DNA of 64,000 nucleotides from an uncultured archaeon (GTDB lineage Archaea; EX4484-52; JAADEF01), in contig CAYOWP010000004.1 of the NCBI GenBank assembly GCA_964407715.1, forward strand, positions 9,668-73,667, written 5' to 3'. This document shows, one piece after another, positions 7,621 through 17,907 of this stretch; within the stretch, counting starts at the first letter, position 1; every line of letters starts with the position of its first letter. The notes beneath the pieces were generated by a model. The model ran no database searches, had not been told where the DNA came from, and saw only the letters and a program-made list of their open reading frames with translations. Position numbers and translations under genes: made by a program.

Positions 7621-10023
7621 TTACTCTATCTCTATGCTATTGCTGTTATGATATTCAATTCTCTTTACATGATGCATCATTACAATGTCCTTTTCAAATG
7701 GAATGAATTTCTCATTTATTTTTAAAAGATTTATCTCATCTCTCAAACTCATATTCTTATCCTTTTTATATTTCCATACCGCTTTATTTATCTCAATTAA
7801 ATCCTCAAAATCGACAGAGGAATATATATCAATCTTCTCAGGAAATCTCATCTCAATTATATTCTTCTTATATACATCCTTCATGATTTTATATGTAATA
7901 AAAGGCACAACAGGATGTAGCATAACCAATATATCTTTTAAAATTTTGTGTAATGTATAAAGCGCTGATTTTTGTTCCTCCTGGGAATAAATTCCCTCGG
8001 AGTTATATGCACGGGATTTTACCATCTCAATATAATGGCTCGCAAAGACATCCCATAGATAATCCCTCAATAATGTTGCAGCATTGTGTATCTCATATTT
8101 CATATACCTCTCATATGCCTCATCTATAATGCGGTTATGGAAACATAACATGCTCTTATCTAAATCCGTAAGTTTATCTAAAGGAAAACTATCCACTATC
8201 TCAAAAGCGCTAACAAATCTTGAGACATTCCACAATTTTGTAAGAAACTTACTTGCAGATTCTATTCGCTCAAAACTTATTCTAAAGTCTCCTTTATGCA
8301 TATTTCCCTCAAATGCACACCATAACCTAAAAGGCTCTGCACCATATCTCTTAAGTATCTCTTGCGGATCTATCACATTTCCCAAACTTTTGCTCATCTT
8401 GTTACCATGCTCATCCAACACATGATAGTGTATCCACACGTGATCAAAAGCCTCCTTACCTGTCAATAAGTACACTCTGAGCAAGGTATAGTATAACCAT
8501 GTCCTCACTATCTCCTTTCCTTGAGGTCGCAACGTGATTTTGCCTCCTATCTTCTTAAAGAATTCTTGATCCCTCAGATAACCACCAATAAAGAGAGGTG
8601 TAATCGAGGAATCAAACCACGTATCAAAAACTCTTGTCTCTCCTATAAACTCCTTACTTCCGCATTTTGGACATTCATTAACAGGAGGTTTTTCTTTCCA
8701 TGGAATATAATACCTCCCGGATTCTGGAACAATTACTTCACCACATTTCTTGCAATACCATAATGGAATCTCAGTAGCATAGTATCTTCTCCTTGATATA
8801 GGCCAATCAAAAGAAATCGTATCTATCCAATTTTCCAAGATTTGACGCGAATCCTCAGAGAAGAATTTGATTTTCCTTGAAATCTTACGGATCTCGTTCT
8901 TGAACTCAACCTGTTTCAAATAAAGCTCCCTTAATGGAATAAACTCAATAGGTGTTTTTGTTCTTTCACATACTGGTATTTTATGCCTTATTTTCTCCTT
9001 CTTAACCACATATCCCTTATCCTCAAGAATCTCCACAATCTTCTTTCTCGCATCCTCTACTTTTAATCCTGCTATTGGTCCTGATTTCTCATTCATCTTG
9101 CCATCCTCATCTATAAGAATTATTGGCTCAAGATTTTGCTCTCTAAAGAATTGAATATCTGTATAATCACCAAAGGAACACATCATCACTAACCCTGTAC
9201 CAAACTCTTTTTTAGCATAGGGATGTGCTTTTATTGGTACTTCCCTATTATAAACAGGCAAAATAGCATGTTTACCATTTAAGTGCTTATATCTCTCATC
9301 TTGTGGATTAAAGATTATCATCTGACATGCCCCTAAGAGCTCTGGTCTAGTAGTTGCTATCACTATCTTCTCTCCTGTTTCCTTAACCTCAAAAGTGATA
9401 TACACCAAATATCCCTCAACTTCCTTATATTCTATCTCAGAATCTGCAACAGTAGTTTTTAACTCCGGACAATAATTGCTTATATATTCTCCCTCATAGA
9501 TTAATCCTCTTTTCCATAAATCAATAAATGTTGCTTGAGTCAATGCTCTATACTCGGGCATATCAGTTAAGTATACATCCCCTATATCTGTACCAACATC
9601 CCATGAATTAAAGCTTATTCCAAGTCTAAAAAAAGTCTCTGCACTCTTAAGTGAGTACTCCTCCAATAATTTTTTACATGCCTCTATAAATTCCTCTCGT
9701 GTAACTTCCTCAGGAGAGATGTTTAATATCTTCTCAACAGATACCTCTATCGGCAACCCATTTCTATCCAATCCTAAAGGAAATAAGACCTCATAACCTA
9801 TTAACCTTCTAAACCTTGCGAACATATCCATTAATGTATAGGTTGTTGCATGACCAATATGTACTGGTGAGTTAACATATGGAGGAGGAGTATCTATAGA
9901 GTATATCTTCTTATTCGTTTTCTTATTGAACCTATACATCTTCTTTGATCTCCATTCCTCAGCTATCTCCAATTCCCAATCTTTATTCCATGTTTTCTCC
10001 CTTAACTTAAACTCAGACATCAA
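7621..10023 (-). CDS. valS: class I aminoacyl-tRNA synthetase, most likely valyl-tRNA synthetase
   Basis: IDTPPPYVNSPVHIGHA (HIGH) and KMSKSLGN motifs ~490 aa apart, consistent with a CP1 editing insertion; WPISRRRYYATEIPLWYC resembles Val/IleRS; 800 aa. Confidence 0.6.
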   Translation of the reverse strand: MMSEFKLREKTWNKDWELEIAEEWRSKKMYRFNKKTNKKIYSIDTPPPYVNSPVHIGHATTYTLMDMFARFRRLIGYEVLFPLGLDRNGLPIEVSVEKILNISPEEVTREEFIEACKKLLEEYSLKSAETFFRLGISFNSWDVGTDIGDVYLTDMPEYRALTQATFIDLWKRGLIYEGEYISNYCPELKTTVADSEIEYKEVEGYLVYITFEVKETGEKIVIATTRPELLGACQMIIFNPQDERYKHLNGKHAILPVYNREVPIKAHPYAKKEFGTGLVMMCSFGDYTDIQFFREQNLEPIILIDEDGKMNEKSGPIAGLKVEDARKKIVEILEDKGYVVKKEKIRHKIPVCERTKTPIEFIPLRELYLKQVEFKNEIRKISRKIKFFSEDSRQILENWIDTISFDWPISRRRYYATEIPLWYCKKCGEVIVPESGRYYIPWKEKPPVNECPKCGSKEFIGETRVFDTWFDSSITPLFIGGYLRDQEFFKKIGGKITLRPQGKEIVRTWLYYTLLRVYLLTGKEAFDHVWIHYHVLDEHGNKMSKSLGNVIDPQEILKRYGAEPFRLWCAFEGNMHKGDFRISFERIESASKFLTKLWNVSRFVSAFEIVDSFPLDKLTDLDKSMLCFHNRIIDEAYERYMKYEIHNAATLLRDYLWDVFASHYIEMVKSRAYNSEGIYSQEEQKSALYTLHKILKDILVMLHPVVPFITYKIMKDVYKKNIIEMRFPEKIDIYSSVDFEDLIEINKAVWKYKKDKNMSLRDEINLLKINEKFIPFEKDIVMMHHVKRIEYHNSNSIEIE

Positions 10024-10031
10024 ACATCACC

Positions 10032-10694
10032 TTATCTATACCTACATTTATATATCTCGGCAGCCAACTGAGGTAAACTCCTTGTTTGAAGATAGACTCT
10101 TCCATTACCGCTTATCTCAAACAAAAAACCTTCTCCTCCAAAAAAGAAGGTCTTTAACCCACCAATCTTCCTAAGTTTTACATCTAATGAAGAGTCAAAT
10201 GCCACAAGATTATAGTTGTCCACTAACACGCTTCCTCCATCTAATTTTATTTCCTCTATGGCTCCATAGACATTGAGATATGCGCTTCCATATCCCCTCA
10301 ATTTTAGCCAGAATAAACCTCCACGAGAAAATATCCCTTTAAGACCAAAAAACTTTGTATCTATCTCTATGTTTCCTGTATTTAAAAGATAAGCCCCATC
10401 CCTTACAAAAAGCTCCTCTCCATTTAAAGGAATCTCCAATATCTCTCCTGGATATGATGGCGAAAACCATAACTCTGCATTGCTTATTGCTATGAACCTA
10501 TTTATAAAGAATGTCTCTCCCCCAAATAGAGATCTCTTTATGCCCTTGAATATCCCACCAAAAGATTTTGTTTCTATTCTCACATCTCCATTCATGTACA
10601 TCAAAGACCCAGGTTGCGCATATATCTCTTCTTCAGGTTCAATAAAAGCCCTTACATAGTCATATCCTTTACGTTCTATAATCTCTGTTTTCAT
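10032..10694 (-). CDS. AIM24/DUF124 family protein
   Basis: 220 aa; glycine-rich repeats with C-terminal GNGRVYLQTRSL characteristic of DUF124/TIGR00266. Confidence 0.55.
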   Translation of the reverse strand: MKTEIIERKGYDYVRAFIEPEEEIYAQPGSLMYMNGDVRIETKSFGGIFKGIKRSLFGGETFFINRFIAISNAELWFSPSYPGEILEIPLNGEELFVRDGAYLLNTGNIEIDTKFFGLKGIFSRGGLFWLKLRGYGSAYLNVYGAIEEIKLDGGSVLVDNYNLVAFDSSLDVKLRKIGGLKTFFFGGEGFLFEISGNGRVYLQTRSLPQLAAEIYKCRYR

Positions 10695-10718
10695 AGAACA
10701 TCACCTCAAAATCTCATG

Positions 10719-11141
10719 CTATATAACACCACTACTCTCCAATTGTTGCCTTATCTTTTCCATTTGTCCAACAACATCCTCGATCATATCATCCAATCTG
10801 GTTAACTCTGCACTTGCCTTTTCTTTTAATTTTTCAAAATATTTTATTGCCTTATCATGAGACATCTCAACAACTATATTTGATCCTATATTAACAAAGA
10901 GATTTTTCTTATTTACACTTCCAACCTTTACATACACCCGCGAACTTATTGGTAAAATGTACTCATCATGATCTTCTTTTAATCCCTCAATAGATTTGAT
11001 GACTATATCATATTCATTTATTTTTTTCTCTATTTTTTCCCTTAAGAGAACTAATTGATTTGCCTTTTTTTCATATACATCATACATATACAGCATCTCC
11101 TGAACCTTTGATTCCACATCCATATCTTCTTTCTTTTCCAT
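10719..11141 (-). CDS. pfdA: prefoldin alpha subunit
   Basis: 140-aa coiled-coil / beta-hairpin / coiled-coil architecture; sits directly downstream of aIF6 as in many archaea. Confidence 0.6.
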   Translation of the reverse strand: MEKKEDMDVESKVQEMLYMYDVYEKKANQLVLLREKIEKKINEYDIVIKSIEGLKEDHDEYILPISSRVYVKVGSVNKKNLFVNIGSNIVVEMSHDKAIKYFEKLKEKASAELTRLDDMIEDVVGQMEKIRQQLESSGVI

Positions 11142-11156
11142 TTTACACCACCATCT

Positions 11157-11843
11157 TTATAGAAATCCTAAGCTCTCTGTGGCTCTTCCTAATTCAATTG
11201 GAGTAGTGATATCTCCAACAACTAAGGAAGTATCATTAACAAGAATGCCAGATTTAACATAAGGAGAGCCATAATTAACGGTACCTATATCTCCATCCAC
11301 TCCCAATACCTCTTTAACTTTCTCATATTCCTCTTCCTCTGCATATGCAGAGATTAAAAATCCCTTATTATTTGCAACGCCTAAACTACCAACCAAATCC
11401 AAATCCATAATCTTGCCTATTTCAACATCTACATTCAAGATATCCGCAATCTCTTTCTTATATTTGATAAGTGTCTTTGATATCAATGCACCTTTATTAT
11501 TGCATAAAATCAGATTGCCAATTACATTTTCCCTTGCCTTTAAGAATCCAACATTGATATCTACACCTTCCTCTTTCAATGCTTTTTTCAATGCCTTTTT
11601 TTCATTATCAGATATGATATCTGATAATAATATACCATTATCATTCATACATGCAAAAATACCTATAAATGGAGTATTATAAATGCTTGCCTTGATAACC
11701 CTCACCTTGAATACCTCTGCTATATCTAAATTAAACGATAGTATCTTAGGCACTATTGCTATCTGATTATTTACGATAGCGTATAGTCCAATGTTAATAT
11801 CTCCATCTATTTTGCCCTTTAATATAACCATAATTAACCACAA
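11157..11843 (-). CDS. eif6: translation initiation factor 6 (aIF6/eIF6)
   Basis: 228 aa; five-fold pseudo-repeat with GNLILCNNKGALIS, VANNKGFLIS and DITTPIELG motifs closely matching archaeal aIF6. Confidence 0.85.
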   Translation of the reverse strand: MWLIMVILKGKIDGDINIGLYAIVNNQIAIVPKILSFNLDIAEVFKVRVIKASIYNTPFIGIFACMNDNGILLSDIISDNEKKALKKALKEEGVDINVGFLKARENVIGNLILCNNKGALISKTLIKYKKEIADILNVDVEIGKIMDLDLVGSLGVANNKGFLISAYAEEEEYEKVKEVLGVDGDIGTVNYGSPYVKSGILVNDTSLVVGDITTPIELGRATESLGFL

Positions 11844-12883
11844 AACAACCCTTCAGCTGATGCATTTTCCTCATTAGATAAAGTTAAGTTGCATTCCTCT
11901 GGAGAATCTATAAATGCCTCGCATATGGCATCTTTTAAGGCTTGTGTACTTCTCTCACCGTTATATTTGTAGTCATTTATAAATAAAGTTGGTGATGCTT
12001 TTATGCCCTTTGCAGATGTTGCCTCGTATTCTGATAAAACAATCTTATCAAACTCGTTATTATACTCTTCCTCTATCCTTTCAACATCTAAATTCAAGTT
12101 TTTAGCAATTTCTTTCCAGCAATCCTCTATATTATTGAGGCTACATTCCTTATTAACCTCAACCACATACTCCGCCCATGTCTCTATGCCATAGAGATTA
12201 TAAATTACCTTTTCTCTCACATCCTGATAAAGCTCCCTGTTACCATGTAATGACCAATATTTCTCTCCATTAATCTCAACTATTTCTTCGCTATTGTAGG
12301 GATTGTCTCCTTTATAGATAATATAATGAGGGACAAAATTAACCTTATCCTTTAAGAGCTTGATAACTCCTATCATGACATTTTCTATTTGATTTCCATA
12401 CGGGCAAAAGGACATCACATTTATACTTACATTTGGAACTTCGCTCTTTGTGATATTTGGTTTTGGAATTTCAAAGTGCTCAACTACCTCTACCTTTTGT
12501 AAAAATGCTGTCTCTCCATCACATGAAATATAGAGAGGATGAGGATATTCCCTTCCATTAATTAAAAAATATACCTCATAAAGACAATCGTTGAATTTTT
12601 TTACATCATTAACCTCCACATCCAATGATAAAGAATCAAGATTCATCCCCATTGATGAATAATAATCATATAGCAACTTTGTAAAAGTATTCTTTGCAAG
12701 CTCTCCTGCTTGTTTCTCACTTATCAATGATTTTTGATTTAATGTGCTTGGATGTGTAAGGTATCCCATTAAAAATCCAACTACTATCCCAACAATGCCA
12801 ATGATCATGATCATATAATCCTTTGATATCTTTAAAGATATCTTTTTGTCTTTTTTACTCATTATTTCACCTCCTAACAACAA
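11834..12883 (-). CDS. membrane-anchored hypothetical protein (possible thioredoxin-like ectodomain)
   Basis: 349 aa; N-terminal TM helix; SFCPYGNQ motif; probable true start MSKKDKK; weak. Confidence 0.3.
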   Translation of the reverse strand: MLLGGEIMSKKDKKISLKISKDYMIMIIGIVGIVVGFLMGYLTHPSTLNQKSLISEKQAGELAKNTFTKLLYDYYSSMGMNLDSLSLDVEVNDVKKFNDCLYEVYFLINGREYPHPLYISCDGETAFLQKVEVVEHFEIPKPNITKSEVPNVSINVMSFCPYGNQIENVMIGVIKLLKDKVNFVPHYIIYKGDNPYNSEEIVEINGEKYWSLHGNRELYQDVREKVIYNLYGIETWAEYVVEVNKECSLNNIEDCWKEIAKNLNLDVERIEEEYNNEFDKIVLSEYEATSAKGIKASPTLFINDYKYNGERSTQALKDAICEAFIDSPEECNLTLSNEENASAEGLFCG

Positions 12884-14345
12884 TTGTTTTTATTTTTGTA
12901 AACTCTAATATAGATTCTCCTATTCCCTCTCTGCCTGTTCCAGAACCTTTATTCCCGCCAAATGGGAAGTATCCTATTCCATGTGTGGGATGTGCGTTTA
13001 TTGTTATTTCTCCCTCTCCCAATTCCTTTGCTATTTCAATACCTCGCGATGTGTCAGCAATAAATATGCTTGCATCAAGTCCATATTTTGTATCCTTTGC
13101 CTTTTTTATTGCATCATCCAAATCTTTTGCTGTGGTTATGGTAATTACAGGACCAAAGGTCTCTTCATAGAATATCTTCATCTCATTTGTTACGTTATCT
13201 AAAATAGCAGGTGTAATTACATTATCTCCTTTTCTTTCATATCCATAAACAAGAGTTGCTCCTTTTGTTAAAGCATCTCTTATTAGCTCCTCTACCTTAT
13301 CTGCAGCATCCTTGTCAATTAAAGGAACCAAATTTGTATTTGGATCATAGGGATCCCCAAATCTCCAGTTATCCATCTCTTTTAACAATGCATCTATCAG
13401 TTTTTGTTTAATTTCCTCTAAAACAATAACCCTATTTATGGCATCACATCTCTGTCCTGAGAATTTTAAAGCTCCCTTGGATATTTCCTTTGCATACATC
13501 TCGATGTTCTTATCATCTAAAACCAATGCATTTCCCTTACCTCCCAGTTCAGAATGGAATTTTTTAAATGTAAGTTTAGATGCTATTTTTTCTCCCACAT
13601 ATGTAGAACCTGTAAATGAAACCATATCTGTAAAATCATGTTGCAACAATATATCTCCAATCTCTGAGGATCTTCCCGTAACAACATTGAATATCCTCTT
13701 ATCAACTCCCACTTTCTCAGCAGCCTTATCAAAAGCCTGAGCAAGAAGAATAGAAGAGATTGGGGTTTTAAGAGAAGGTTTTGCAACTATTACATTACCA
13801 GAAAGAAGTGCAGGGATTACCTTTATCATCAGTGTTAGAGCAGGATAATTGAAAGGAGAAATGCACACAACACCACCATAAGGTTCCCTTATGATTATGG
13901 CATATTTTCCATCACTGCCAAAACCAAATTCTCCATCCTTAAATGTCGGTTGTAGTATCTCTACTTCTCTTTCTACATATTTGAATCGCTCTATTAATGC
14001 ATTCACCTCTCCCTCAGCATAATGAATGCTTTTTCCAGATTCCTTAATCAATATGTCTATTAGCTTGTCCTTTATCTTTTCTATTTCTTCTTTCCATGCA
14101 TACATTAGAGATAGTCTCTGCTTTATGCTGCTCTTCTTCCAGTATTCTTTTATCTCTATCAAAGAATCCAGTACCTCGGTTGCTCTTTCCTTGCTAATTA
14201 AAGAAACCTGAGCAAATTCTTTTAAATCATGAGGGGATACCACTCCTTTTCTATCTTCAGAATATTCGAAATTTCCTAACACATAATACGGATATACATT
14301 CTCCTCTTCATTAAAAGACATAATATTCTTATAGTTGAAATACAT
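12867..14345 (-). CDS. NAD(P)-dependent aldehyde dehydrogenase family
   Basis: FTGSTYVGEKI, ELGGKGNALV and GQRCDAINRVIV motifs, including the catalytic Cys and Glu regions of the ALDH family. Confidence 0.8.
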   Translation of the reverse strand: MYFNYKNIMSFNEEENVYPYYVLGNFEYSEDRKGVVSPHDLKEFAQVSLISKERATEVLDSLIEIKEYWKKSSIKQRLSLMYAWKEEIEKIKDKLIDILIKESGKSIHYAEGEVNALIERFKYVEREVEILQPTFKDGEFGFGSDGKYAIIIREPYGGVVCISPFNYPALTLMIKVIPALLSGNVIVAKPSLKTPISSILLAQAFDKAAEKVGVDKRIFNVVTGRSSEIGDILLQHDFTDMVSFTGSTYVGEKIASKLTFKKFHSELGGKGNALVLDDKNIEMYAKEISKGALKFSGQRCDAINRVIVLEEIKQKLIDALLKEMDNWRFGDPYDPNTNLVPLIDKDAADKVEELIRDALTKGATLVYGYERKGDNVITPAILDNVTNEMKIFYEETFGPVITITTAKDLDDAIKKAKDTKYGLDASIFIADTSRGIEIAKELGEGEITINAHPTHGIGYFPFGGNKGSGTGREGIGESILEFTKIKTIVVRR

Positions 14346-14395
14346 TTTAAAAATTTTTAGATTTTATCACCCAACAAGAGACTTCCTCATCAAAA

Positions 14396-14945
14396 GCCTT
14401 TGGAAAGTGATTTTCCCTGCGTTAACCAGTTATTTTGATAAATATGGTTAACGGGAGAGAGAGCCATTTGAGAGAGCTGAGTATAGTATGATAGCCTTTG
14501 AAAGCAGTTAGGAAGCAACTAACCTTTAAAAGCGGTTAGCTGCTCTAAAATCTTTGTGTTAGTGATATCTTCCCGTTAACCAATTTTTTATTTTTAAAAA
14601 TGGTTAAGGGGAAGTATACCTTCTCAAAGGATATCTTACAGCAGCTAACCATTTCAAAGCAGTTAGGAAGCAGCTAACCTTTTAGGGAAGGTTACCATAC
14701 TCCTAAGCCTTTGTGTTAGTGATATCTTCGCGTTAACCAATTTTTTATTTTTAAAAATGGTTAAGGGGAAAAATACCTCATCAAAGAATATCAAACAGCA
14801 GCTAACCTTAAATTGGGTTACTATGCTGTAAAACCTTAGTTATAGTGATATCTTCGCGTTAACCAGTTATATTCAAATAAAAAACATGGTTAAATGGAAA
14901 ACCTGACCATCTGAAAAACCATGGTAGAGCAGCTACCCAAAATAA
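14396..14945. repeat. Repeat locus R2a: ~3.5 tandem ~150-bp units of the GTTAACC-hairpin / GCTGCTAACC family
   Basis: Each unit starts GATATCTTC[C/G]CGTTAACCA...TGGTTAAGGGGAA, followed by CAGCAGCTAACC-N9-(G)GTTAGGAAGCAGCTAACC. Confidence 0.8.
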
Positions 14946-15001
14946 ATGGGTTAAGAAGCGAAAAGTTTCTGAAAAGGATAGTATGGAGCAACATGGATAG
15001 T

Positions 15002-15156
15002 GGCATTATCCAATCATTCTCCATTTGTTAAGCGGAAGAGTAACCTCTTAAAGAACCGCATTAAAGTAGCGAACCTTATAGAGCTGATGCGATTACCGCT
15101 ATAAGTGCTATTTGCGCGTTAAATTTCCGCTTAACAATAAAAAATTTTGGACAAAG
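15002..15156. mobile_element. MITE-like element (short copy) with terminal inverted repeats
   Basis: 5' GGCATTATCCAATCATTC...TTGTTAAGCGGAAGA and 3' TTTCCGCTTAACAATAAAAAATTTTGGACAAAG are inverted complements; shares the AAGAACCGCATTAAAGTAGCGAACC core with copies at 38.1, 44.1 and 45.7 kb. Confidence 0.65.
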
Positions 15157-15243
15157 CCCTCAATGCCTAATGAAGAGTTAATATTTTAAATTTTTTGGTT
15201 TATATCTCTTATTTTTATTTTTATTTTAAGTTTATGGAGGGAG

Positions 15244-15486
15244 ATGATGAGGTTTGAGAAAATATCTCGATTAACAGAGATTTGTATTAAAGAGGGAGGT
15301 AACTTTTATGTTATCTTGAATGGCAATGTTTATTGTGGGATAGCTCGTACTCGCGGTCCTGTAGAATGTCCATATTGCTGTAAAGAAAAAGACATAAATG
15401 GGTTATATAAGTGTACATATGAAGGATATACAAAAATTAGGGATATGATTCTCTACAAAAAACCGCTTAATGATAAGAAATTATAA
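15244..15486 (+). CDS. small cysteine-containing hypothetical protein
   Basis: 80 aa; CGIARTRGPVECPYCC...C pattern suggests a metal-binding knuckle. Confidence 0.25.
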   Translation: MMRFEKISRLTEICIKEGGNFYVILNGNVYCGIARTRGPVECPYCCKEKDINGLYKCTYEGYTKIRDMILYKKPLNDKKL

Positions 15487-17062
15487 AATTTTTTATAATT
15501 ATATTAACAATATGAAGATTGAACATTCAGGAACTTTTCCTTATTCAAAGATCCTTTTGTATGGAATGATAATTGAAATTGGATTGTTTTCATTTATAAC
15601 ATCTTGGTATTTTTATCCATGGGATTTTTTGTCATATTTGCTAAATGGGGATTACTTATTTGGGAATGGAGAATATTATGAAATATACAGACCTCCTTGC
15701 CTCTCTTTTTTCCTCTTTCTATTGAAATTATTTTTTCAAAATAAATATCTTATATTATTTTCCTTTATTTTTATGTCATCAATATTTTTTATTTACTCTA
15801 TAGAACATATCTTAAACTCATTACCCATCAAAAATAGAGATCATGCAAGGTTGCTGATATTTTTTGTACTTGGTATGAATCCTGTCTTTATTGCTTTCTC
15901 TTTTATCCCATCGGGTACTGAAATCATTTCTATAAGTTTCGCTATGTTAGGAATCTCATACCTTCTTTCTTCCAATGGCATAAAAGATGCAACATTAAGT
16001 GGAATCTTGCTCTCACTCTCTTCCCTAACAAGATATAATTTTCTAATTTTGTTTCCTATCTTGTTTTTTCACAGAAAACTTAAGAAAATATTTTTTGCAA
16101 TTGTTTCATTTTCTATGCCTTGGCTCTTCTGGCTAATATATAACAAAGTAATGTATGGTAAATTCCTTTATAGTTTTATAGACTCATATTTCCTTAATGT
16201 ATACTATCGAGAAACAATATCACAATCACCTTCTTTCAATGAACTTCTTTTCTTATTCGTGATTATCATTACAACATCTCTTTTTTTAATATACGTGCTT
16301 AAAAAATTACTTTTCTATCATATAGAATACAAAAAGCAAATAATCGCTCTGCTTTTTATATCATTATATATTTTATTGACCTCCCTCTATACCTTTATTA
16401 TTATGCCTCTAAAAATAAAGAGATATATTTATCCTATAACTATCTCTTATATTCTCTTTGTTCTAATCTACCAAATGCTAATATCTAGCAAAAGAAAAGT
16501 AAAAATCAACAAAAGAACCATAAAAATTGGAGCAATATCTTTTATCATCTTGCTTGTTTCTTTTAATATTTTTTATGCGCAATATCTCTCTTTTTATGAG
16601 TTCAAAAATCACTATGCTCCAATCCAAGAAGAAATCGAAAATGTTTATGAATATATAAAAAATGCTTCCTGTATATACTCTGATTATTGGATTTATTATA
16701 ATGCTCTTAATATTAAAGCATATCCTGAAGGATTCTTATATGATCCGCTTACAAAATCTTTTGATACACGTAATCTCAATAGTAATTGTTCATACATTAT
16801 CTTGCATGAAAATAAAGTAGATATCTTTCCTTATTATAATGAAACCTTTAAAATGAAAGAGATAAATCAAACAAAGATATATTTTATATCCTCAGTACTC
16901 TTAAGGAAAGAAAGCACTCAAAATGCATACTTTAAAAGATATAAAAATAAAGTGGTCATAGATAACATATATTGGTATTCTTTGTTGTATGAAGATCCAA
17001 ATTTATTTTATAAAGTATGCTCAGATGCTTTTGGCATTTTCTCTTTTGCAATGTGCAAGTGA
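15470..17062 (+). CDS. polytopic membrane protein, GT-C-type glycosyltransferase-like
   Basis: ~13 predicted TM helices with a short soluble C-terminal region; resembles PMT_2/ArnT-like membrane glycosyltransferases by architecture only; real start probably internal (MKIEHSG). Confidence 0.35.
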   Translation: MIRNYKIFYNYINNMKIEHSGTFPYSKILLYGMIIEIGLFSFITSWYFYPWDFLSYLLNGDYLFGNGEYYEIYRPPCLSFFLFLLKLFFQNKYLILFSFIFMSSIFFIYSIEHILNSLPIKNRDHARLLIFFVLGMNPVFIAFSFIPSGTEIISISFAMLGISYLLSSNGIKDATLSGILLSLSSLTRYNFLILFPILFFHRKLKKIFFAIVSFSMPWLFWLIYNKVMYGKFLYSFIDSYFLNVYYRETISQSPSFNELLFLFVIIITTSLFLIYVLKKLLFYHIEYKKQIIALLFISLYILLTSLYTFIIMPLKIKRYIYPITISYILFVLIYQMLISSKRKVKINKRTIKIGAISFIILLVSFNIFYAQYLSFYEFKNHYAPIQEEIENVYEYIKNASCIYSDYWIYYNALNIKAYPEGFLYDPLTKSFDTRNLNSNCSYIILHENKVDIFPYYNETFKMKEINQTKIYFISSVLLRKESTQNAYFKRYKNKVVIDNIYWYSLLYEDPNLFYKVCSDAFGIFSFAMCK

Positions 17063-17154
17063 TTGAAGTACTTTTTAATAGAAGTAACCAAAAATTTTAA
17101 ATATTTTGATATATCAATATATTTATATACATTTGTTTATCTAAAGGTGATTAA

Positions 17155-17907
17155 ATGTCTCAACGAGTTATAGGGATTTTGTCAGGTAAAGGAGGAGTGG
17201 GAAAAACTGTCACATCTCTAAATCTTGGGTTGGCATTACATCAATTCGGAGAAGATGTTGTTGTAATAGATGCAGATATTACAGCTTCAAATTTAGGGTT
17301 GCATTTAGGAATGTACAATTTTCCGCATGGTCTTCAAGATGTATTAAATAATGATCTCGACATCGAAAAGGCAATGTATATGCATCATACAGGATTACGA
17401 GTAATACCAGCATCATTAGATATCTCATCTTTAAAGGCAGATATCTCACAATTAAAGAAGGTAGTGAAGGAAATCCCTGCAGAAATAATACTTATAGATG
17501 CTCCACCAGGCATAAATGAAGATGTATTGGCTGTGTTAAATGCATCAAAAGAAATTATGATCGTAACAAATCCTGACATTCCGACAGTTACAAATGCCAT
17601 GAAGATTTCACGGGTATCAGAAAAATATAAAAGGCATGTTTCTGGTGTGATAGTTAATAGATACCTTGGAAATGCATATGAATTAAATATTGATGAGATT
17701 GAAATGATGATAGAATCACAAATATATGGTGTAGTACCTGAAGATCCTTATGTGAGAGAAAGTATTTATCAAAAAATTCCAATTGTGGCGTATAAACCTT
17801 TTAGTCCTGCATCAATAGCATTTAAACAGATTGCGGCTAAGATAATAGGTAAGGTATATAAACTCCCAAGATTTTATAGAATAAAAAGATTATTGGGATT
17901 AATATGA
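17155..17907 (+). CDS. MinD/ParA-family P-loop ATPase
   Basis: Deviant Walker A GKGGVGKT; DAPPG motif; 250 aa; stop overlaps the start of the next gene (ATGA). Confidence 0.8.
   Translation: MSQRVIGILSGKGGVGKTVTSLNLGLALHQFGEDVVVIDADITASNLGLHLGMYNFPHGLQDVLNNDLDIEKAMYMHHTGLRVIPASLDISSLKADISQLKKVVKEIPAEIILIDAPPGINEDVLAVLNASKEIMIVTNPDIPTVTNAMKISRVSEKYKRHVSGVIVNRYLGNAYELNIDEIEMMIESQIYGVVPEDPYVRESIYQKIPIVAYKPFSPASIAFKQIAAKIIGKVYKLPRFYRIKRLLGLI

Noticed and set aside
7504-7725. 73-aa plus-strand ORF
   Set aside because: Overlaps the tRNA-Arg(CCT) gene and the 3' end of valS on the opposite strand, and has no coding signal. Spurious.
14396-14945. Tandem repeats initially considered as CRISPR arrays (also at 30416-31045)
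   Set aside because: Units are ~150-160 bp and near-identical throughout. There is no alternation of a 25-45-bp constant repeat with unique spacers. The internal structure is two different hairpins rather than one short repeat.
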